This document shows, in pieces, positions 18,823 through 26,966 of a stretch of 64,000 nucleotides of DNA. The stretch is from an uncultured virus (IMG/VR IMGVR_UViG_3300031813_001387) (Duplodnaviria > Heunggongvirae > Uroviricota > Caudoviricetes), in the IMG/VR virus record IMGVR_UViG_3300031813_001387. One strand, written 5' to 3'. The position numbers and the translations under genes were made by a program. A model generated the notes under the pieces. It saw nothing but the letters and a program-made list of their open reading frames with translations. It did no database searches and was not told the DNA's origin. Position 1 is the stretch's first letter. Each line of letters begins with the position of its first letter.

Positions 18823-19884
18823 ATGCCGTTTAACAGGCCATTATTGAGCGACCTGGTTGCCCGGGTGAGTACCGATATCGATAGCCGTATGGGTGGCACC
18901 GATTCCACCCTGCGCCGCTCCAATACCGCAGTGCTCGCCCGCGCCTCTGCCGGCCTGGCGCATGGCCAGTACGGTTACCTGGACTGGACCGCCCGGCAGA
19001 TCTTCTTTACCTCCTGCGATGACGACCAGTTGGTGATTGGCGGGGCCGAGTATGGCCTCACCAAGAACCCGGCAACTTTCGCCCTGGGCGCGATCGCCGT
19101 GCCGGGCAATAACGGAGCAGTCATCCCAGAAGGGACCGTCTGGCAGCGTGCCGATGGTGCGGAGTACTCCGTCACATCCGATGCGACGATCATTGGCGGC
19201 AGCGCGAGAGTCAGCATCATCGCCCTGGTTGCCGGGAGCCTTGGTAACTGTGCGATCGGCGCGCAGCTCAACCTGCTTAATACCCTGGACGGCGTAGCTG
19301 GCACCGGGATAGTAGCGGAGTCTGGCATCCTTTACGGAACCGATATCGAGGGCACCGAACCCTTCCGCGCCAGGGTACTGGCCTACAAGCGACGCAAGCC
19401 TGCAGGCGGTAATAAATACGATTACGTCACCTGGGCTCAGGAGATTACCGGAGTCGCGCGAGGCTGGACCATTCCCTGTGGGAATGGTCCAGGCACCGTC
19501 GACCTGGTCATCGTTTCCGACCCGGCCATCACCGGCTCCGAAATGCCCAGCGACGACCTGCTAGCCGCCGTGCGGTCTAAAATCGTAGACATCTGCCCAA
19601 ACGATGTGAAGTTTCTCAGGGTGCTCCCCTGGGTACCCGCTCCGCTCGATGTCACCGTGCGTCTCACCCCGAACACTGCAGCAGTGCAGACCTCCGTCGT
19701 CGCTGAACTGACTGATCTAACCGTCCGGGAAGGCGAGAACGGCGGCTCGATCCCGTTTAGTCATATCAACGAAGCGGTCTCCCTGGCTACCGGCGTGGTC
19801 GACCAGGCGCTCACCGTTCCCGCTGCTGATTTTACCTACACTGCCTACCAGCGCGTGGTGATGGGGGCCATGACATGGCTCTGA
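18823..19884 (+). CDS. Baseplate J-like wedge protein (Mu gp47-like)
   Basis: MPFNRP, YGYLDW.ARQIF, GGNKYDYVTWA, GPGTV. Confidence 0.9.
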   Translation: MPFNRPLLSDLVARVSTDIDSRMGGTDSTLRRSNTAVLARASAGLAHGQYGYLDWTARQIFFTSCDDDQLVIGGAEYGLTKNPATFALGAIAVPGNNGAVIPEGTVWQRADGAEYSVTSDATIIGGSARVSIIALVAGSLGNCAIGAQLNLLNTLDGVAGTGIVAESGILYGTDIEGTEPFRARVLAYKRRKPAGGNKYDYVTWAQEITGVARGWTIPCGNGPGTVDLVIVSDPAITGSEMPSDDLLAAVRSKIVDICPNDVKFLRVLPWVPAPLDVTVRLTPNTAAVQTSVVAELTDLTVREGENGGSIPFSHINEAVSLATGVVDQALTVPAADFTYTAYQRVVMGAMTWL

Positions 19885-20471
19885 CCGGCGACGCCTATCT
19901 GGCCCAGCTGCAGGCGCTGCTCCCCTCCGGTCTCGCCTGGCCCCGAGACGCTGGAGTAATGACCAATCTCCTGACCGGCCTCGCCCAGGAGCCGGCCCGG
20001 ATCGCAGGCCGCGTCGATGATCTGTTGCGCGAGTTGAACCCGCTTACCAGCGTGGAGCTACTGACTGATTGGGAAGCCGAGTATCAGATCATGCCTTCTG
20101 ACGGGGCATCGATCGAAGAGCGCCAGCACGTGGTCTGGTTCCGGCACACTGCGTCCGGAGACATCAAGAAGCCCTACTTGGTGGCCTTGGCAGCGAGCCT
20201 TGGCTACACCATCTACATCCAGGACTACACCACGTGTATGGCGGACTGGCTCTGCGCGGATGATGAGTTGATTCTCGAGGAGCAATGGACTGACTTCTCG
20301 GCAGGCGTCGGGCAGGCTGGAGATACTCTCTCCCAGGAGGACCCCGTTCTCAACTGGATCTGGGAGGTGGTAGTAGTTTCCTCACCCGGTACTCCGCCGA
20401 CTCCCGGCCTGGAGGCAGTACTGAACGATTTGAAACCGGCTCACATTCAGCTCAATTTCACCTATCTTTAA
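19875..20471 (+). CDS. Baseplate protein (Mu gp48/DUF2313-like)
   Basis: LQALLPSGLAWP, ELLTDWE, LKPAH. Confidence 0.88.
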   Translation: MALTGDAYLAQLQALLPSGLAWPRDAGVMTNLLTGLAQEPARIAGRVDDLLRELNPLTSVELLTDWEAEYQIMPSDGASIEERQHVVWFRHTASGDIKKPYLVALAASLGYTIYIQDYTTCMADWLCADDELILEEQWTDFSAGVGQAGDTLSQEDPVLNWIWEVVVVSSPGTPPTPGLEAVLNDLKPAHIQLNFTYL

Positions 20472-20484
20472 CGGAGGTTGGCCC

Positions 20485-21453
20485 ATGATTAAACGGCTCA
20501 TTTTACTATTCATCTTCCTGCAGCTCCTTGCCGGAGTGGCGCTTGCCGATAAGACCACGTTCACCGACGGTAACCCGGTCACCCGTGCTCCCGGGACTCG
20601 CGTCACAGCTGCTTTCCTGAACGGGCTCAATAACCATCGGCATGACGGCAAGAATGCCGACGGCTCTGGGGTTCTGGACTATGCGGTTGACACCGGCTCG
20701 GCCAATGCGATCGTGATCGCCTTGCCGCCACCTGCGCTGACCGCCCATGTAGAGGGGATGCCGATCTGGGTCAAGGTAGGCCATGACAATACCGGGCCTA
20801 CCACCATAGCAGTGGACGGCTTGGCGGCTGTCTCACTTTACAAAAACGTGGGCCAGGAGCTAATTGCCGGAGATATCAGGGTCGGGCAGGTGATAGGTGT
20901 CAGTTGGGCAGGCAGCGCCTACCAACTGATAAACTACCAGAACCAACCGCCCCCACCGGTAACCGACGCCAGCACGCTTAATGGGCGTACGGCAATTCAA
21001 TTGGTCCCTCCGGGCGCAGTGATGGCATTCGCCATGGCGAGCGCCCCCGATGGCTGGCTGATCTGCGACGGCCGCGCTGTGTTGCGTTCAGCGTTCCTCA
21101 ACCTTTTTGCAGCAATCGGTACGACCTGGGGGGCTGGTGACTCTGTCTCGACATTTAATCTACCGGATTTCCGAGGTGAGTTTTTACGAGGCGGTGACCT
21201 TGGTCGTGGCATTGACCCTGGGCGTGCAATAGGAAGTTGGCAGGCTGATCAGTTTAAGTCTCATACACACTCGGACGGGGTCTACCAGTACCTACTTAAA
21301 CCTCCCTATGCGAGTTCTCTCACAGGCACAGATAACACGGGATCGGGCTCTGAGCAGGCTGTCGGCGTTGGAGACGGAGGCCCGATGCTTTCGGTCGGCG
21401 GGACCGAGACCCGGCCGCGCAACATGGCCGTGTTGTTCTGCATCAAATATTAG
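20485..21453 (+). CDS. Tail fibre protein with tail-collar domain and signal-peptide-like N-terminus
   Basis: PDGWLICDG...LFAAIGTTWGAGD..TFNLPDFRGEFLRG and ETRPRNMAVLFCIKY; begins MIKRLILLFIFLQLLAGVALA. Confidence 0.85.
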   Translation: MIKRLILLFIFLQLLAGVALADKTTFTDGNPVTRAPGTRVTAAFLNGLNNHRHDGKNADGSGVLDYAVDTGSANAIVIALPPPALTAHVEGMPIWVKVGHDNTGPTTIAVDGLAAVSLYKNVGQELIAGDIRVGQVIGVSWAGSAYQLINYQNQPPPPVTDASTLNGRTAIQLVPPGAVMAFAMASAPDGWLICDGRAVLRSAFLNLFAAIGTTWGAGDSVSTFNLPDFRGEFLRGGDLGRGIDPGRAIGSWQADQFKSHTHSDGVYQYLLKPPYASSLTGTDNTGSGSEQAVGVGDGGPMLSVGGTETRPRNMAVLFCIKY

Positions 21454-21462
21454 GGGGACAGG

Positions 21463-21846
21463 ATGCAGAGGCCAGAAACATCTGACGGTTTATTCCATCC
21501 TGGAAATCCCTTAACTGGGCAGAAGGGAACCAAGGTCTCAGTGGCCTTCCTCAACTCCCTCCTGACAGACGTGTCGACCGTAGCCGTATCTACAACGCTC
21601 GCAAGTTATCCGTCAATTAGTCTGGGCGATACCACTGCGGGGGCTCTTGTCTGGGTGCTTCCGACTGCGGTAGGCCAGATGGGATCCCATATTTACTGCG
21701 AGAACATCGGAGCCACCGGCAACCTTCTGACAGTAAATGGCGGGGCTGGTCAAACGGTCGAGGGGCAGTCGGGGCTTGATCTCTCCAATGGCATGGGACG
21801 GACATTTTACAGCGACGGCACCAACTGGCGAATTTTGAAAGGATAA
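21463..21846 (+). CDS. Short tail-fibre-related protein
   Basis: N-terminal DGLFHPGNPLTGQKGTKVSVAFLN anchor motif; C-terminal YSDGTNW. Confidence 0.65.
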   Translation: MQRPETSDGLFHPGNPLTGQKGTKVSVAFLNSLLTDVSTVAVSTTLASYPSISLGDTTAGALVWVLPTAVGQMGSHIYCENIGATGNLLTVNGGAGQTVEGQSGLDLSNGMGRTFYSDGTNWRILKG

Positions 21847-21857
21847 AGGGGGTACAT

Positions 21858-24314
21858 ATGAAGATATTATTATTTTGGTCGTTGCTGTCGTTGGTTCTCT
21901 TGGGGCATTCAGCTGTTGCTGCGCCGGTACCTCCAACATTGGTCAGCACTTTGAAAAGTGATGACATTATCTCTAAGGGGCCTTGGCTGGATTTCCGTGC
22001 CTCGATAAACGGGCAACCTGGCGCAGTAGTTGGTGGAGCTGATTGCGGTGCCCAATTCATTCGAGCGGTAAATTATCTGTCTGCTAAGGGGGGCGGTGAT
22101 TTGATAATGCCCGCAGGGGCGTGGTACTTTGATAACTCCGTTGGGGGGTTTACCGTACCACCGAATGTTAATATTCATGGGGCGAGTTATGGACCCGGCG
22201 GTACTGAACTGCATTTTACCAGTTCGACGCATGATGACCTGATCATGGGTAATGATGGATACGGTAACCATTGGGGCGGAATACACAATGTGAAAATCAT
22301 CGGGGGAGCTCGCGGAGTCGTCGCTACAGCGGTAGGACACTTCGCCCTGGAAAGAGTTTTCATCAACGGTACCTATGTTGTCGGCCTCTACCTTAATCAG
22401 GTTCTCCTCTGCAACATCGATGTGGTGAGCAGCTACAATCTGGGCGACGGCGCACTTATCGAGTTCACCGGGCAATCGGCCTCGGACCACAATAAATTCC
22501 TTCACCTGGAGACCAACTTCAACGGGGGTGCAGGTACCACCAAAAGGCATGGCCAGGGGAACACCTTTCTCTCTTTCAAGTCTGTCGGGAACGCCAAATG
22601 GAACCTCAGACTTGAGGGGGATACTTCAAATACAGTACCGCTCATAACAAGCAGCCGCCAGGATAACGATGTAATGGTGGCGCCCTACATCGAGGGGAAC
22701 TACGTCAATTATACCCTCGATACCTGGCCGGATTCTGTTGAGATCGTTGGGACAAATAACACCAAACTGGAGAACGGCACCTATATCGCCTACGTTACGA
22801 AGTCGTCCGGGGTGTTTAACATCAAACAGGCGTCCAACGTGGACATTACCGGGACCTTCTACGATTTCAACTTCAGCGGCAAAAATGCTAACGTAGTGGT
22901 TATCGATAACCTTTCGCTCAATCCGAAGATCGACATTTCGGCCGGAGTGATTTCAGCGAAACCTAAATCTGTTTTTGGCGCTCGCTTTGATACCACGCAG
23001 CAGCTCAACCCTTCCGTTTCTCTTCTTTCCAACTCTGCCTTTCAGACCAACGGCGCGGGAGGGGCGGACGTTTTTGCTGCCTGGACCGAATCAGGGAACG
23101 GCGCGGGGCAGATTACGGCTGATACGACCGATACGGTGCTCTTCGGTACCACGCAATCGGCTAAGGTGGCGCAACCGTCCACGGCCGCTGCGATTGAAAT
23201 GGGGCAGCTCACCACCTCTTTAACGGCGGGTGCCACTTACTACGTCAACCTTACCTATAAATGTGACACAGGGCTCGCTCATTCCAACAGTCCGATACAG
23301 TTAGGGCTCCAAAACGCAGGCGACAGTTATAAAAGCCTAAATTTCCTCACTGGCAACTACGACAACACAGGGCTTACTCGCCTATGGCTCCCCATTTCTT
23401 CGGTGCCTTACTCCATTTCAATACCGTTTGTGGCGCCCCCCGCCGGCGGTTCTGTGTGGATGCGTGTGATCTTCGATATTAATGGCTCAGATACCAACAA
23501 CGCCATATACCACGTCTATGAAGCATCGGTGAGCACCTCTCCCAATTCCCCCTTTACCCCCACGGGGATTATGCCTGTTGCTTCCGGGGGGACCGGTAGC
23601 AGCAACGGTTCTATAGCAGGCACTGGTGCACTCACCTTTGCCGCTGGAGGAAGTAACCAGAATATCAACCTCACTCCGAGCGGGACCGGGAGGACCGTTT
23701 TAAATGGTACGGGTGGCGTCAATGGCAGCTCCCCCACCAGCCAGTGGGTAATCCGTCCGCAGACGGGCTCAGTCAATTCAGCGACGGAGATGCACTCGAC
23801 ACAGACGGATAATACAGCGTCGATCAGCAACATTTGGCAGTTTGACAACACCGCAGCTAACGGTGCGGCGGCCGCGTGGTCAATCGAAAACGGGGCCACT
23901 ATTGAGGGGCAGTTCCGGCACGACACCGGCCAGTACACCCGATTCGGGACTAGGACCGCTTTGCCTGCTTGCATCTTCACAAATGGTCTCAATAACCGGC
24001 TTTGCGCGGGTTCAACGGGGATAATTACCGCATTCGGACCGGTGGCAACCACCATGGGCGCCAACGTCGCCTCGGCCAATTCGGTAACGCCCACGGGACA
24101 GACCTTTCACTTGACGGGCACAACCACCGTGAATTCCATAGCGAACATTTTTTGGGGGGCGTCAGGTGATGGAGCCAATGGCTGCATCAACATAATTGCC
24201 GACGGAGCCGTACCCTTTGGAATATCAGGGAATATTTCGAGAGCATTAACTCTCACCACTGGGCAGTTATACCATCTTTGTTATGACGCGAATCTCACCA
24301 AATGGTTTTATTGA
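21858..24314 (+). CDS. Tailspike-like beta-helix/carbohydrate-binding protein with signal-peptide-like N-terminus
   Basis: KGPWLDFRA, GGGDLIMPAGAWY pectin-lyase-like start; Asn/Gly/Thr-rich; begins MKILLFWSLLSLVLLGHSAVA. Confidence 0.65.
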   Translation: MKILLFWSLLSLVLLGHSAVAAPVPPTLVSTLKSDDIISKGPWLDFRASINGQPGAVVGGADCGAQFIRAVNYLSAKGGGDLIMPAGAWYFDNSVGGFTVPPNVNIHGASYGPGGTELHFTSSTHDDLIMGNDGYGNHWGGIHNVKIIGGARGVVATAVGHFALERVFINGTYVVGLYLNQVLLCNIDVVSSYNLGDGALIEFTGQSASDHNKFLHLETNFNGGAGTTKRHGQGNTFLSFKSVGNAKWNLRLEGDTSNTVPLITSSRQDNDVMVAPYIEGNYVNYTLDTWPDSVEIVGTNNTKLENGTYIAYVTKSSGVFNIKQASNVDITGTFYDFNFSGKNANVVVIDNLSLNPKIDISAGVISAKPKSVFGARFDTTQQLNPSVSLLSNSAFQTNGAGGADVFAAWTESGNGAGQITADTTDTVLFGTTQSAKVAQPSTAAAIEMGQLTTSLTAGATYYVNLTYKCDTGLAHSNSPIQLGLQNAGDSYKSLNFLTGNYDNTGLTRLWLPISSVPYSISIPFVAPPAGGSVWMRVIFDINGSDTNNAIYHVYEASVSTSPNSPFTPTGIMPVASGGTGSSNGSIAGTGALTFAAGGSNQNINLTPSGTGRTVLNGTGGVNGSSPTSQWVIRPQTGSVNSATEMHSTQTDNTASISNIWQFDNTAANGAAAAWSIENGATIEGQFRHDTGQYTRFGTRTALPACIFTNGLNNRLCAGSTGIITAFGPVATTMGANVASANSVTPTGQTFHLTGTTTVNSIANIFWGASGDGANGCINIIADGAVPFGISGNISRALTLTTGQLYHLCYDANLTKWFY

Positions 24315-24727
24315 GTTAGTTTCACAAATATTGAAAACACCAAAACTATGGTAGATAGGCTTCAAATGTTACAAGATCTGGGAGATAGTCATAAAGATAT
24401 TTTCTTAGGTGCTTGCTCAGAGTCGGGAAAGTCCACCGAATACCGTTCTGAGAGGCAGCATCGATAAGCCCGGAATGAAGCTGCCGGAAAAGGCCAACAA
24501 TAACGATAATTATTATCGACTTGCTAGTTAATTTAAGGTGATTTTTATAGGGAATGGGCTTTTGCGGCATAAATAAAAAAAGAGAAGCGACCGGGCCATG
24601 TTGGAGCATGGCCCAGCCATCCAACCCACAAACGAGCTGTGAGCCAGACCGAGGCTTCCCACTCTGATCAGAGCGTGAGGAGATTAGCATAGTCCGGTGC
24701 CAAAAGAAATAAGAGAGGCTCATAAAA

Positions 24728-25489
24728 ATGTTTAAACCTGTAATTCCTTGGATAGGTGGCAAGAGAAGACTTGCAAAAGAGATCATTCCGATGTTTCCGG
24801 AGCATATCTGTTATTGCGAACCTTTCTGCGGCGGCGCGGCATTGTTCTTTATGAAGGACCCCTCCAAGGTCGAGGTACTGAACGATTTCAGCGGTGAGCT
24901 GGTAGCCCTTTATCGTGTTATCCAGCATCACCTGGAGGAGTTCATTCGGCAGTATAAGTGGGCCTTGGTCTCGCGCCAGATGTTCGAATGGCTGGGCGAA
25001 ACCCCGCCGCAAACCCTCACCGATATCCAGCGCGCAGCGCGCTTCTTTTACCTGCAGAAGATGTCCTTTGGAGGGAAGGTCTCCCGGCGCAGTTTTGGCA
25101 CAGCCACTACCTCTCCCCCCAGGCTGAACCTTACTCGGGTTGAAGAGGATCTAAGCCAGGCTCATATGAGGTTGGCCCGGTGCTATATTGAAAATCTGGA
25201 CTGGAAGGAGTGCATCAGGAAGTACGACCGACCGGGGACTTTTTTCTTCCTAGATCCGCCGTACTGGAAGGTCGAGGGTTATGGAGCTCCCTTCGGTATC
25301 GATCAGTATCACGCTATGGCCGAGCTCATGCGGACCATGCAAGGTAAGGCTATCCTGACTATCAACGACCATCCAGAGATGAAAGAAATCTTCAAAGGGT
25401 TCGTAAGCAAAGAGGTGGCCATCAGCTACACAGTCGGTGGTGGTGGCCAGAGCAACCAGAGCCGCGAGATGATCATAAAGACCTGGTAA
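24728..25489 (+). CDS. DNA N6-adenine methyltransferase (D12/Dam-like) at the mom position
   Basis: PWIGGKRRL, YCEPFCGGAA, NDFSGELV, FFLDPPY. Confidence 0.92.
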   Translation: MFKPVIPWIGGKRRLAKEIIPMFPEHICYCEPFCGGAALFFMKDPSKVEVLNDFSGELVALYRVIQHHLEEFIRQYKWALVSRQMFEWLGETPPQTLTDIQRAARFFYLQKMSFGGKVSRRSFGTATTSPPRLNLTRVEEDLSQAHMRLARCYIENLDWKECIRKYDRPGTFFFLDPPYWKVEGYGAPFGIDQYHAMAELMRTMQGKAILTINDHPEMKEIFKGFVSKEVAISYTVGGGGQSNQSREMIIKTW

Positions 25490-25730
25490 GGGCAAAAAGA
25501 TGCAAGCTCCCAAAAAGGGGGCATAAGAGGGAGAAAATAATAGCGGTGGGGTGTTGGCATAGACCCGAAAAGAGCCTTCCAGCGTCGGCCTGGAGCATGT
25601 GAGCGAGAAGCCCATAAAAAGGTAGGCTAAAAAGGTTAGCAATAACGACAATCATTTTCAATACATAGGGCAATTTAGGGCGGATTAAACGGGTATTAAA
25701 CCCTGTGCGGTCCGCCTTTTTTTTGAAGCG

Positions 25731-25781
25731 GCTCACTGCCAAAAAAAACCCAAATCACTGCCAAAAAAATTTCGCGCAACA
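25731..25781 (-). repeat. Prophage right end with tandem transposase-binding sites
   Basis: TCACTGCCAAAAAAA at 25733 and 25755 (22-bp period), then terminal CA. Confidence 0.8.
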
Positions 25782-26054
25782 TCCATCCGGGGGCCTTTCT
25801 CTGGTTTTTCCGCTTTGCTGCCGCCTACCTCGGGCGCCGCAGCCGCCGGCGCCTTTCACACCGGTCGCCTAGGCGCACTCGGAATGTTTTTAACGGAGAT
25901 GCATAGATACCAAAAAACCTTTAAAACAAAGGCGCTTGGGAAGGAAAACCAGAATAAGGCGTATAATTAGCAATTCTCTGCCAATTGTATAGTTGATAAA
26001 AAATGTTTATCAATTGGCTACTTATGCTTATGGCGCCATCATGATGATTATGCC

Positions 26055-26966
26055 TCAGACCTCCTTGCCCAGGTGCTCACGCCTGATTTCCTCAAGCTTC
26101 ACCATGATGTCATGGGAAACCGCGTCGATCTCCAGCATCAACTGGTTGGCTTTGGCCTGATTGCCCGAATTAACCGCATTCACGGCATCCTTCGAAAGTG
26201 AGTGGATCCGCTCATGGGGGGCGTTTATCGATCGGAACGAAGCCAGATCCCCGCAGATATGTCCGCCCTCGTTATCGTACCATTTCCCAAACCGGCAGGT
26301 GTGGTGATTGGCCAGTCCGCTTGCATCGAGTTGCGCATCACCGATTACAGAGGCCCGTATCTTGTTGACGAAGAGTCGGTGATCATTTGCGGCTACGGTC
26401 AGCATGAGGACCTCACTCTCCTTGGTTTTGAACCTTCTGACGGTGTCCTGGAGGCTTCCTGAAAGCTTGTTGAGATTGTCCGCCTCTACGGACGTCTGGT
26501 GGGCGGTCTGCGCCGCCTTGACGAAGGCGTCGGTTATTTGGTGGATATTGGTACTGATCTCGCTGGTGGTTGCGGTCTGCTCCTCTGCGGCGGTAGCTAT
26601 CTGGTGGATCTGCTGAGTCACCTCCCCAATCTGCTGCAAAATCCCCTGTAGTGCCTCGCCGGAACGGGCTGCTTCTCCGGCCCCCCTGTCAACCTCAGCG
26701 ACACCCTCACCCATTACCCTGACTGCGGTTTGGGTCTCTTTCTGGATGGCCTTGATCATTGCACCGATTTCCTTGGTGGCATGGGTCGTCCGCTCTGCCA
26801 GGGCTCTGACCTCGTCAGCAACTACGGCAAACCCTCTCCCCTGTTCGCCGGCCCGGGCTGCCTCAATGGCAGCATTGAGTGCTAATAAATTGGTCTGATC
26901 AGCAATGTCCTCGATTGTTCCCACAATCTCACCTATTTGGTCGGACTTAGCACCGAGGCTCTCAAT
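26055..26966 (-). pseudogene. 5'-truncated methyl-accepting chemotaxis protein with C-terminal CZB domain
   Basis: [37 protein letters not shown] motifs [17 protein letters not shown]; similarity begins abruptly mid signalling domain. Confidence 0.85.

Larger units (their letters stand above)
1188..25781 (+). mobile_element. Mu-like (transposable) prophage, internally deleted, 24,594 bp
   Basis: Begins TGTGAAC at 1188 and ends GCAACA at 25781; flanked by TCCAT at 1183-1187 and 25782-25786; Mu-type gene order of repressor, ner, transposase, ATPase, tail genes and methylase. Confidence 0.92.

Noticed and set aside
2786..20285. Many long antisense and alternative-frame ORFs in the prophage (also over nrdJ, rph and the GGDEF gene)
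   Set aside because: Shadow ORFs expected in high-GC coding DNA; they overlap well-supported genes and lack motifs.
9583..24314. Tail cluster as an eCIS or T6SS
   Set aside because: Gene order and motifs are Mu gp36-gp48 type inside transposable-phage ends; no Afp15-like ATPase, membrane complex or effector is recognisable.
24346..24570. Possible 74-aa minus-strand gene before the methylase
   Set aside because: No clear RBS or motif; cannot be supported from sequence alone.
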